Part shown: positions 24,349-36,300 of the stretch, in pieces
Layout of the letters: every line of letters starts with the position of its first letter
How positions within the stretch are numbered: position 1 is the first letter of the stretch
From: Octopus sinensis
Taxonomy: Eukaryota
DNA length: 64,000 bases
Direction of reading: 5' to 3'
Assembly (NCBI RefSeq): GCF_006345805.1
Contig: NC_043006.1
Location: forward strand, 64,852,001-64,916,000
The notes under the pieces: generated by a model
The model's input: only the letters and a program-made list of their open reading frames with translations
What the model was told of the DNA's origin: nothing
The model's database searches: none
Made by a program: the position numbers and the translations under genes

Positions 24349-25417
24349 CTGCAAATATATTAACATTTCAAACATTAGATACATATATATATATAATCAC
24401 CAGTTGATGTTCTTAAATAACTGCAAAAAGACAGAGGCTGCTATAATTTTTCTTTTACTTGTTTCAGTTCAGGTTGTGGCCATGCTGGGGCACCTCAAAG
24501 AATATTTTAGTTGAATGAACCAACCAACAAAAATATGCTAGTGCCTCATAAAAAAACACCCAATATACTTTGTAAAGTGGATGGTGTTAAGAAGGGCATC
24601 CAGCTGTAGAAACAATGCTAAAACAATGGAACCTGGTGTTGCTCCCAGCCTTGCCAGCTCCTGTCAAAACATCCAACTCATACCAGCATGGAAAACAGCA
24701 ATGATGCTGAATGTATAGAAGACTTATCCAATATGCATTTATTTTTCAAATAATAGGCTGTCATTTGAAAGAGATTTAGTAAGAGGCTCCCAGTTACTTA
24801 ATTTACAAGCCTTGCTTTCTTAGAGACAAAAACCAAACTTAACTCCACATATTATCTAACAAGACAAGAGTTTTCTCTTTAGTTAAATGGTTTGTCACAT
24901 ATTCCATCCTAACTTTATCTTATATGACATTGGGAATGAAAGACTAAATTGTAAACAAAGAACTTGCAATAAAAATGTCAAAATAAAATTTCTGTTCTCA
25001 AAAGCACTGCTTCAAAAATTAATGCCAATATTTTATTTCAAATTAGCTTAAACCATAACTGAAAATGACGTGCAGTGATGGTGGAGGGTGTAGCATTTGC
25101 ATATTCTGCTCTCAGGGGATGAAATGTGTTGGGGGGGTGTAGGTGGATGGGATGACAATGACAGGGCTCCCCAAGGACAAGCATTACACAACGTAACAAT
25201 TTTCAAAAAAAAATTTGTTTATTGTATCTTTTTTATTGTTTATCAATCCATTTTTTCTGCTGATTCCAAAAAGGAAATTATTTTTTGTGTATCATCAACA
25301 GTTAAAAAGAATATGTCGACTTTTAATATTATATATTTGTTATTGTTATAATGTTCCGCTACTAAATGTATGTCTAATTTTCTTTCAGACCAATTACTAA
25401 GTTTTGCTACTTTCAGG

Positions 25418-27298
25418 ATGCCTACTAGAATATGTAAAAATTCTCCAGATACATTTTGCTATGTGTGTGGTTATTAAATTGGAAAAAAGCAGGTATTACA
25501 TAAAATCGTGAAAGGTGCCAAATTGTGGATAGCGTACAGACTACTTCGGAATGCCCATGGGTGACCAGGACAAACCATGGGCTCCACATGTGATATGTGG
25601 AAGCTGTCGATCTACACTAGAAGGATGGTTAAGAGGTACAGGAAGGTCAATGCCTTTTGCCGTCCAAGGGTATGGAGAGAGCCAAAGAACCATCACGATG
25701 ACTTACTTTTGTATGATCAATGTGACAAAGTACAGAAAAGTGAAAAGAAGACAAGCTCTTCAGTATCCAGACATACCATCATCTAGAGAACCTGTCCCAC
25801 ATGATGACAGTTTACGAGTACCACTACCACCAGAAAATATTTCACCTGCAGAGTCAACAAGTAGCAGCAGCCAAGAAATGGAGGAAGCTTTCGTACCAAG
25901 AATGACTTTGGAGTCTCACTTTCCAAATCAGAGTGAGCTAGATGATTTAACCAGTGATTTGGGTCTTACTAAGTCAGGAGCTGAAGTTCATTCATCAAAG
26001 TTGAAGGAATGGAATCTACTGGGGGAAGACTGCAAGACATCTGTGTACCAGAAATGCCATGAAGAATTTGAAATTTACTATGAAAATATTAATAATCTGT
26101 GTTATTGTAAAGATGTGATTGGTTTGTTTACTGCTATTGGACTCAAGCATGATTCTGCGGAATGGCGACTGTTCATAGATAGCTCAACACGAAGTCTCAA
26201 AGCAGTGTTGCTCCACAATGGAAATAAATATCCTTCTTTGCCTCATACACACTCCATACATCATCATCATCATTTAGCATCCGCTTTCCATGCTAGCATG
26301 GGTTGGACAGTTCAACTGGGGTCTGTGAAGCTGGAAGGCTTCGTCAGGCCCAGTCAGATGTGGCCGTGTTTCTACGGCTGGATGCCCTTCCTAACGCCAA
26401 CCAATCCGTGAGTGTAGTGGGTGCCTTTTACGTGCCACCTGCACAGGTGCCAGACAGAGCTGGCAAACGGCCACGAACGGATGGTGCTATTACAGAAGAA
26501 AGAAAATTACGATAATGTCAAAGAACTTCTCGACAAAATAAAATACGCATAGTTCAAGTGGGATGTTTGTGGTGATTTCAAGATGCTTGCCTTCTTGCTT
26601 GGCTTGCAAGGGGGATACACAAAGTATTCATGTTTCCTTTGCTTATGGGACAGCAGAGCTGATGATGATCATTACAAGAGAGTACATTGGCCCCCACAAG
26701 TGGAACTGCAGCCAGGAATGTTAAATGTTCTCAAACAGCCTCTAGTAGGTTCCAACTACATATCAAACTCGGATTGGGAAAACAGTTTGTAAAAGCCTTA
26801 GATTTTAGAGGAGAAGCTTTTCAAGAAATTTGTCTTATGTTTCCAACGCTATCTGAGGCTAAGATTAAGGGTGGCATATTTGTTGGGCCCCAAGTAAATG
26901 CAATGTTAAAGTCGAAGAAACTGGAAAGAGCGATGACAAAAGTTGAAAAAGAAGCTTGGTGTGCATTTCGTGATGTAGTTCGTGGATTCCTAGGAAATCA
27001 CAAGGATCCTAACTACAAACAGCTGGTAACAAAGCTTATTGAAAACTTCAAGAAAATGGGTTGTTGTATGTCCTTAAAGGTTCATTTTTTGCATTCTCCC
27101 ATAGATTTTTTCTTCGAAAACTTGGGTGATGTCAGTGAGGAGCATGGTGAGAGATTTCATCGGGACATTGCAACTATGGAAAGAAGATACCAAGGACGAT
27201 GGTATACTGCTATGATGGGAGATTATATATGGTCTCTAGTCAGAAGAGATGAAGGTATACACTCCAGAATATCTCGATCGTCAAAGCACTTATCTTAA
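25418..27298 (+). pseudogene. Chapaev3 transposase pseudogene
   Basis: Motifs CKNSPDTFCYVCG, GDQDKPWAPHVIC, WRLFIDSS..SLKAVLLHNGN, CGDFKM..LLGLQGGYTKYSCFLCLWDSR, LHIKLGL.KQFVKAL, SEEHGERFH.DI..MERRYQG spread over several frames; stops at 25475 and 26550, frameshifts, SINE insertion. Confidence 0.9.
26259..26493 (-). mobile_element. (ATG)n-tailed retroposon inserted in the transposase gene
   Basis: catcatcat..tttagcatccgctttccatgctagcatgggttgg family; interrupts the HSIH / KENYDNVK join. Confidence 0.9.
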
Positions 27299-29470
27299 GA
27301 AAACAGTTATCAAGGTATTTACAGCACAGAATTTCATTGTTTCTTTTTGTTCTAACTAATATTATACTTCCTAAATACCTTTCAATATATGAAAAAGTAA
27401 TAGATGTTGTGTAATTATCCTTACAATACTAGAATACATTGAACCAACAAAGTGCTGAAGAGAAAAGTTACAAATATTATGAGCAAATATGAAATTAGGA
27501 ATAAATAAATAACTATCGATGTTATGTCAAAACGAGTGAGATTTTTTAATTTAGTGGCAAAAAATGCATATATGAACATTAAAAAATACAAATAAACAAA
27601 ACATGTGTTACATTGTGTTATCGAGGTGATTTTTGGATATCAAATCTTCTGTGGTGGACGAGTGTTGAGTACAGCAAGGCACCTTGCTTCCTGAATCATG
27701 AAAGTTCAGCTCACTGCATCGCACCTTGGGCAAGTCTACAGCCCAGCCTGACCAAAGCCTTGTGAATGGGTCTGGTAGACAAAAACTAAAAGTCAGCTGT
27801 GTGTGCACACACACCCATGACTTGACATCATGTAATGGTTACAAATAAGCTATGTTAGCTATTTTTAGTCTTCCATGAAAAACGTTTTGGGCATCAAAAT
27901 CCATCTGATCCATGCAAGCATGGAAAAGTGGGTCTTAAACGATGGTGATGAAACAAAGAAACGAATCAAATCAAACCACGACCCTAGAAAACATAAGATC
28001 TTATGTGGTTTAGACATTTTGTAATCAAATACCCTCATTCAATGTTAAAGTTTGATTATGCTAAAAAGCTATGAGAAAATAGTAAAACTATTAAAATATA
28101 AACTTAACCCTTTTGTTAGCAGATTTCTATTGAAATGCATTGCCTTTGTTTTAATTATAGAAATAATGAAGAATTTAGTAAAATAACTGAGATACTGAAT
28201 CTGGTGCTTGAAACATAAATTGACATGAAATTTTGATGAACAGTATTTAGATCACTTTAGAACAGGACAGCACCATGGGTGGTATTGGCAGGTTGGTATC
28301 AAAAAGGTTGAGTGCAATATAATGAAAACACAAGTTGCAAATGGAAGAGATTAACCAAGACTAGAAAATTCTCAAGATGATCAGAATTTAACAGCCATAG
28401 AACAAAAACTATGTACTTTTTTTCTTTAATAGAAAAGTAACTTTTTTTATATACTACTATGTATTCATGTGGGTGTGTAAAAGAGGAATAGCAGCAAGTT
28501 TTTCTGTCCATCTTTGGCCTTCTACTGTGAGTTATGGCTCCTTGAAGCCACAGCATGTATAGTGGCCAAGCCAGAAAACCACTTTAATAAGGCAAACTAG
28601 GTGAGAGTAGCTTTTGGGTCCTAAATTCTTGATGACTTTGGATTAAGGGGCACCTGATACAGCATGTAGAAATTAACCGCAACAGACTGAGTGAACGAAA
28701 ACACTGGGTTCAATAGGTCAAAAAAGCAGTTTCAGCCAACATTGTGAAATGCAAAGAGCACAAGATATCGAAATCCTGGTCATCCATTGCACCTAGACAT
28801 ACCTGCATCTTAAACCTGCCTTGCCTATGGATGACAGCAAGCCTGGGTAAAAGACCAAGGTGGACATTTCATAATTTGCACAATTTCTAAAATTAATTTC
28901 CTAACAATTGAATCAATGGAGAAGCTATGTTTATCCACCCCATTGTCATAGAATAGATGACCATCCAGTGCTCATTCATTGAATATAATGTATTAATGTA
29001 AAAAGTTACCATTTTTATACACTATGTACTGCTGTAAAAGATAAATAAGCATCTTTCTATACTCCTATAAACAGTCAATGCAGAAGCTGAGTAGTATTTC
29101 TTAGATCCAATAAACTAGTATGACTTAAGTCTAATCCAAACATTAGTTTAAGTCTTTAATTAGGACTGCAGAACCAATGAGAGCAAAAAGTTTCAAGTTT
29201 CAAAGTTTAAGTGAAACATAAGAATAAATTACTTTAAAATCACAAGTTAATCACATAGTCAGTGCTTAGGCATTTTGATAATGCTAAACAGATGTAAGAG
29301 AGTGCTTCCTGAATAGGATAGCAATCCATCTCAGGTAACTTTACTGGATGGTCTGGCACCTATTCTTGAGTGATAGATGAACTGAGGTATGTAACTAAAT
29401 ATACAATAAAACACCTGCCATGGATTTGAATTCAAAACTTATGGTCGTCAAATCTTTCTTTACCCTAAAC

Positions 29471-29704
29471 CAGTGATTCCTAAGGTGGGGCGTACGCCCC
29501 ACTGGTGGGGCCTGAGAAAATTCAGGTGGGGCGCGGGGCATAGACGTGGGCTGTGAAAATATTTGTACATGACGAGCGGTCATCGCGGGCACAACCTTAG
29601 ATTTACATGTACTTGTAAATGTGAGTGGACATGGAAAAAGGTGGGGCGTAAAAACTTTTGCTATGAAAAAGTGGGGCGCCGGGAAAAAAGGTTGGGAAAC
29701 ACTG
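29471..29704. mobile_element. Non-autonomous hAT (Charlie-like) MITE
   Basis: Termini CAGTGATTCCTAA / TTGGGAAACACTG; perfect 8-bp TSD CCCTAAAC; repeated subterminal GTGGGGCG motifs. Confidence 0.9.
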
Positions 29705-32700
29705 CCCTAAACCATAAAAATGTACTTTTTATCAGTGACAAGTTAGAAATATATTGAAGTTATTCTTCCCTAGTATTCATATATTTTAATTTTTAAGTTA
29801 TGAACCAGCTGAGCTATTTGGAAAAAGAAGTATTCAACAACTAATCAACCACATTACATGTTACAAACAACCTAAAAAAACAGAACTCTATTCTCCTTTC
29901 ATTGTTAAAAGCATTCAAATGATTATATGTAAATATATGAAACTATAGCAACATATATCAAAACAATTAAGATACAGTTGGCTTTGCTAAGATCTGAATG
30001 AAGAATGTAAAGGATTGGAAATATTAATTCAGTTAGTGTCCTCAGTGGGATGATAGGTAACGGTGATGGGATTAAGGATTAAATCTTACCTACAAGAGAC
30101 TATACATATGCTGTACATACACTCGCTTGCTTGCTTAAAGAGACCTAAGACTAGCTGAGGACATCCTAAATGTAAGCCCAAAATTCATTGAGCAGAAGAG
30201 ATGCATGCCCAATAAAAAGTTTCTGTAAAGGTTTCCATTTGAAATAACAGTTTATGTTTAGAAAAAGTTATTTCTGGTGTGTGTACTTTTTAGGTGAAAG
30301 TTCATAAATTCACAATTCCAAATCTTTTGTATTAAAGGTGAGAATTTTAACTGAATTTTTTTTAGTGAACTAAATTGCAAGGTCAAATTCAGTTTTTACA
30401 CTTGTTAATCACAAACGTAGGTTTTTTTTTAAATACAAATTTAGACATTTCATTTTGTCTGACCAATTGTTTTTACAGCTCCATGCACTTATATAAAATT
30501 AGGAATTGTTAACCAGTAGCTATGACTTGTAGTCACTATCTGCATTAACAATGAACTTCTATCTGGGTAATCAAGTATCCTTACTTCATACTATTGCATC
30601 ATCTTTCAGTGTTGGCCATGATTAAGGCATTGGTTTCTGTTTCTCAGAAAGTTACACACCCATACTATACAACATTGACTGCAACAGTCATGTTTCAACT
30701 TGTAACCAGGTAGTTAATAATCCTAACCAATAGTCACAATAGCTGTGATGGTGAAGAGCTAGATTTAATTATCAAATGTGCATGCATGTGTGATGTCCTT
30801 TTTTCCTTTGGACAAGTTGAAAATAGACAAAAATCTATTCAGCAACCTGCAGTTTTGGTTATTTTGGCCTGAGGTCAGTATATATAAAAAAAAAACATTA
30901 AGACTTAAGGATTGTAATCTTCAACTGCATGGTGACCACAGGTGGTGGCAGAGAAAGAAAAAGTACTCAGTACATGTAAAGTGGTTGGCATTTGAAAGGG
31001 CATTTAGTTGTTGAAACCTTGCCAAAGACACTGGAGCATGATGCAGTTCTTGGGCTCACTGAGTCCTGCCAAACTGTTCAACCCATGCCAGCATGGAACA
31101 TGGACTTGAAATGATGAATACTTCGATACTTCTATACATACAAAAACACATGATGATATACACAACTTCCTAGATGGCATTCTAAATTTTTCAAGTTTTA
31201 TAAAATTTCCAAGTGGCAAACATTGATCTTTCATAAATCAAAGTTGTGATAAAATTATATAACCAGTGCAGAATTAAATCAATAGTAAATTTTAAAATAA
31301 ACCTCCATGTAGATTGGTTTTAGTTTGTACTTAAAGATCATTGCCACTTGCTTTTACACAAGGGGTCAAAGCATGTGAATGTTTTTTTCTTTTTAGGCAG
31401 TGTTAATAAATACAGAGCTTAGTTTTGGAATCTCATGGAAACTTCAAATGTTGTAGTGCAATACTAAGAAGTTCTTTAGTAATTAAAAAGCTGGAATACA
31501 AGCCATGAGGTACCAATGTGTCTCAAGAAACCCAAAAGATGAAAAGATAAAAAATCCACAACTTGGCAACTGCTGTTGACAAGATGCAAACATCATCATA
31601 TATAGTCACCCAACCCATGTGAACATGGAATGGTAGATGTAAGGTAATATTTCCTCGTAACTAGGCAGGTTTTCATAGAAGATTGGCAACAAAAGACAGT
31701 GCTTGTATAATGGTAACACTGATGCGATGTCAAAGGAAGGTGACAGTGATATACACAGGACAGGCTTCTTTCAGTTTGTCTACCAAATCTACTCACAAAG
31801 ATTTGGCTGGCTGGAGGCGAAAACAAAAGACAATTGCTCTAGGTACCATGCAGTAGGATTGAACTTGGAACCATGAAGTTGGAAAGCAAATATTTTACCA
31901 TACAGCCATGCCTTTACACACACACACTTAAAGTATAAGATATGGTTTCAGAAAATTCTGTGGTTATCACAAAGCTCCACTTAAGTATAGTAATCCAATA
32001 CAAAGAAGAGTAATGTAGAGCACCTATGCAGATGAAATCCAGAAGATCTGATTGATGAAATTATTTCATGAGGAGTATATAAACAGAGTCAGGAGGTACA
32101 TGTAGTGAATATATATTCATTTAACCATGTGACATCTTTAAGATTACAGCCGTTTCACAACCTTCTTCATGTAGTATCAATTTCAGTGTGAAAGAAATTA
32201 TGCTCAACTGTTTGTATTAATATGCATGCTCAGCATTATACAATACAATTGTATATTCACATATCCATGCTTGTAAAGAAAGCAGCAAGCTCATCAAATC
32301 ACCAGAATTTCACGACAAGCTTTGTATAGTTTCCATTAACCAAATTCATTCATAAATGCTACAGTAAAGACAAGGAAGCTCACTATTACTAATCACAGAA
32401 TTTTATAAAGTGTGCTGATGTTTCATGCATACAATCTAGGTTCCATCCAAAGAAAGGTCACTTGACCAAACCAACTGTCAAAGTCCATCACTACAACCAC
32501 TAGTTTACAGACAAATTGTCTGACTTTTCTATTAACTATCATAGAGGTCTTTGCTTATCAGAGCTGGCTACTCCTGTCACATTAACTCCAGCAAGGTTAT
32601 ACTTCAAACAACAAGCAGCTCAATAGCTGGAAATGTTTGGAGGATGCACACAAATGGCACTATTTTTATGACAGTGACTTCCCAAGTAATTTGCATGTCA

Positions 32701-33284
32701 CAAGATACATATCGTAGGTACTCTATAGTTTCTGTCTACCATATTTTACTCAAAGCCAACCTGTGGTATAGAAAGCACCAGCTAATAATGGTCATACAGT
32801 TGTAACAAAATCAAAACCATATGATTTTGAACAGTTTAACTATACACACAAAGCCATAGCCGTTGCTGGCAAGTGAGGTAGCATGTACCAAGCATTCACT
32901 AATAATTTTAGGTGCCTATGTAATTGTGAAACAGGTACCCTTCTGTTGACATAATGGAGCATCAAGTGGCAGTTGGAAGAAAGAAAGCTGCACCAATATA
33001 AGAGCAGTATTCATTTCCAGTTGAGCACATTGGATCAATGTGAAATGAAGCACTTTGTTCAAAGACAATGCCTGGTCTGAAAAATCAAACTCATGATTGT
33101 GAGCCCAACATCCTAATCACTTAGCCATGTGCAATTGCAGTATATGTGTAAAGTTAGCTTTACAGAATACAATTGAGTGATTACATTTATGATAGAATTT
33201 TTTTTTTTACCGAAAATGCATAACTATCAAACCTTTTTTTTTTTTCATTACTAAGGTTAACCTGAGAACAAAAAAAATACTTAC

Positions 33285-33352
33285 GCTTTTTTTATTTCCG
33301 CATCAGTGGCATTGTTGTTTACACCAAGTACTTTGTAATAATCAACAGTCAT
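33285..33352 (-). CDS. DNAJB6: DnaJ/Hsp40 subfamily B member 6-like, coding exon 1 (MTVDYYKVLGVNNNATDAEIKKA)
   Basis: ATG at 33352 in an aaaATG context; J-domain helix I motif DYYKVLGV; donor GC|gtaagt (phase 2); 68 nt. Confidence 0.95.
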
Positions 33353-36300
33353 TTTAGGAGATCTCTGCTGAAAACAAACAAGCAGTCAATCTACAAAAGA
33401 CAAAACAATTTAACATTTACTAGTTTTTACATGAAGTTCAAGGAAATATGCATTAAATAGGAAAAAAAAATTCTATAAAAGTAGCATCCGTTGTTTGTAA
33501 GAAATCAAAGTTGTGGCTTGATGAGCCTCATTATATTTCTTATTCTTCAGAGAATTCCTTGAAATACCTATCTGAAAAGGTCAAACATTCTATCAAGTTT
33601 AACAAGAAATCCTAAACTATGCAACAGAATACGAAATGTTTTCCTTGTAATATTTTATAATTTAATAAACATCCAATGATAGAAATGTCATAAAAAAAAA
33701 CGAAACAAAAATGAAAACAATTATCACGGTAGAATGTCAGTTGACAAGATGTGTAAGCAGCAGTGTTTTATTGTTTGTAAGTTATCAATACAAATTTGTG
33801 TGTTATTGCAATCTAGTCAGTCATTTTTATTAAAGACAGTATTTAAAATATTAGAAGTCTATTTCTAAAAGGTATACAATTATCCAACAACTCTTGAATA
33901 ATAAACTTATGCCAACAATCATTATTTTAATACCTACTTTCCTATGCTTGCATGGGTCAGACAGAATTTGAAGCTTATCTTCTATGGTGGTATACCCTTC
34001 CTATTGCCAACCCATACCTGTTTCTAACGTCAAATAGCTGCTGTCCCGTCTGGGAAGAGTACAGCTGTCACCTGAATCAAAGATTGCTCCACCGTCTTCC
34101 TTTAACAAGGAAGAAAGGGTTTGTTTCCTTGTTGTGATTGCTATGGTGAAAGAGGCAGTATGGAAGACCCAAATGAAAGGAGTAACAACAGGCATCTTCA
34201 TCTCCAGCCGGGGCTTGGTGAGTTTCCTCATTTTCTATCTTAAAAGGAAAATACAGCTGGAGAAGAGATGTTTGTCATCTGTTATATATATATAACTAAA
34301 GACGGAAGGGTGTAGTACAAATGTTGAGTATGAATGACCATATGCAAGTGTAAACCATGAAGGAAAATTAAAAGGTTTCAGTGGTGGAACAGTGCTTGTG
34401 GGGGGTCGGAGCCAACCCCCTGCCCCACTTCATTGTGCTATTTTCTATTGTTTGTCTAACATACACATTATGTTAGTCATAAATTTTTTAATCTTCATTT
34501 TATGTAAAATTCATACGTTTTTATAGACCCGTGTTTTTGTACTGTCCCCTCTCTGTTGGCCCCCAGTGGGCAATAAAGGTAATATTTTCCCATGACCAGA
34601 CACGTTTTTCTGTAAGATTGGAAATGATACTAGTTGTTTGATGGTGTAGCTTATTTTCTACTGATGCACAAAGTCAAAACAAGGTATCTTTCAGTTTATC
34701 AGAGCCACTCACTAGGCTTTGGTCAGTTTGATGCTAAGGTGCTACACACTGGGGCTGAACCCAAAACTATATAGCCAAGAAGCAAATCTAACTATACAGC
34801 CATATTCATTGTATTACTGCTAAGCATTTCGCCCAGTGTGCTAATGTTTCTGCCAGCTTGCCGCCTTTTATATCCCACCTTTGAAAAGATTACCCACTGA
34901 AAAAGTTGTGTGCTGCTTCATTTTTCAGCCTATCCAATATACATTTATCAAATAGGTTCTATTAAAGCAGCAATAATTCCAGAAGTAAAACAAGTTCATA
35001 ATGAAATTTAAATGAGAAAATAACAGAAGCCAACGGTCTCTAAATTCTAGTTTCTAATTAATCCTGCTTAACGAAATAAGAGTCCAAAAGTCAGCACTGG
35101 ATGAGATTTAGATTAAAATAACTCCAATCTGCTTAGCTACATAATAAATAATTAGATTTTCAATCATGCAAGAAATTTAGATCTATCCATGGTGATAAAA
35201 AAGGAAATTAGGTGTCTATGACTATGTCTCTTTACATACACACATGCATTTGATATTTCATGTTGGCAGCAGTTGAACAGGTTTCACTGTTAGATACCCT
35301 TGTTTAACCAACCCTTTTAGCTATCTCTTATGACATGCAAGAACATGGGGCATTTATTATAAAAATTGAAATATTTCCTCTTCAATTTGGTCTTAGAGCA
35401 ATAGAAATTTTTATCTTTACTGTGAATTACTTCCAAATTAAAAATTTCTTGAAAACTTTTCAAATAAGAAATGAGAATAATGTACAAATAATTAAGTAGG
35501 TGATAAACATAGTGAAGATTATAATTATGGGCAAATCAGAAAGATTAGAAGCTAAAGATTTAATAAAACTAATGACATGTCTAGTAGTGCATCTAAGTGG
35601 AAGATTAAAGAACACTTGCAGCTTGTATTAGACTAATGAAAAGCAGACTTAGTGACAATGATACATGTTTAAGCAAGTCTGTGGGAAGAGAATAAAATAA
35701 GTTGGGGAAAACTTGCTTCTGGCTGCAGTTAAAAATAGAGAACACTGCTTATTTTCATTGTACGGCTCCAGAGAGAGTTACTACCATCTGATATTTTACT
35801 GTTGTTCGACCACTGGATGAGAATGGGGTCAGACAACTATAGATAGCATTACATAACTTGATGCTGATGCTAATTTTTCAAGAGCCATAATACAATGAAA
35901 AATCTAATTTTTTTTAAATCTTATAATTGCCCTCACCAACTTGTAAAAGTGATTGGATACTTTTGAAGAACATGAAATAAAATAAAACCCTCAGTTGCAG
36001 AGAGGAAAAACCTGTAGTCAATGGATCTTTTGCAGATGTTGCTAGTATATAAAACGACTTGGTCATTTAGAGAAATTGTGCATCTTTTAGGCATTATAGC
36101 AAAGCATGAACAAGAAACTTGTGTGCAGCATAAATGCTTTCTTTTGTTTGTGTTGTGAACAACGTTATTCTAATTATTCAAAATATCTACCAGAGGGATC
36201 ATGAGGACTATGAGTACAGCTGCCTTCAAATTGAACCCCCCCTCCCCCCCAAAAAAAACAGCAAACAGGTTTTCTTGAAATTGATGAAACAATATCCATA

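Larger units (their letters stand above)
25187..27617 (+). mobile_element. Chapaev3-type (CMC superfamily) DNA transposon, full length but decayed
   Basis: TIRs CACAACGTAACA / TGTTACATTGTG (11 of 12 match), CAC...GTG termini, TTA duplicated on both sides (25184-25186, 27618-27620), internal transposase remnant. Confidence 0.88.

Noticed and set aside
26221-26411. His-tract peptides (HHHHHLASAFHASMGW), also at 42944-43225
   Set aside because: Translation of the (CAT)n tail of a retroposon, not a metal-binding protein
25551-27298. Cluster of long plus-strand ORFs as a nested host gene or operon
   Set aside because: They are frameshifted pieces of one transposase bounded by TIRs and a TSD
29485-29680. 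Repeated GTGGGGCG motifs as a CRISPR-like or Sp1 array
   Set aside because: Subterminal motifs of a hAT MITE with an 8-bp TSD; eukaryotic context and no regular spacers
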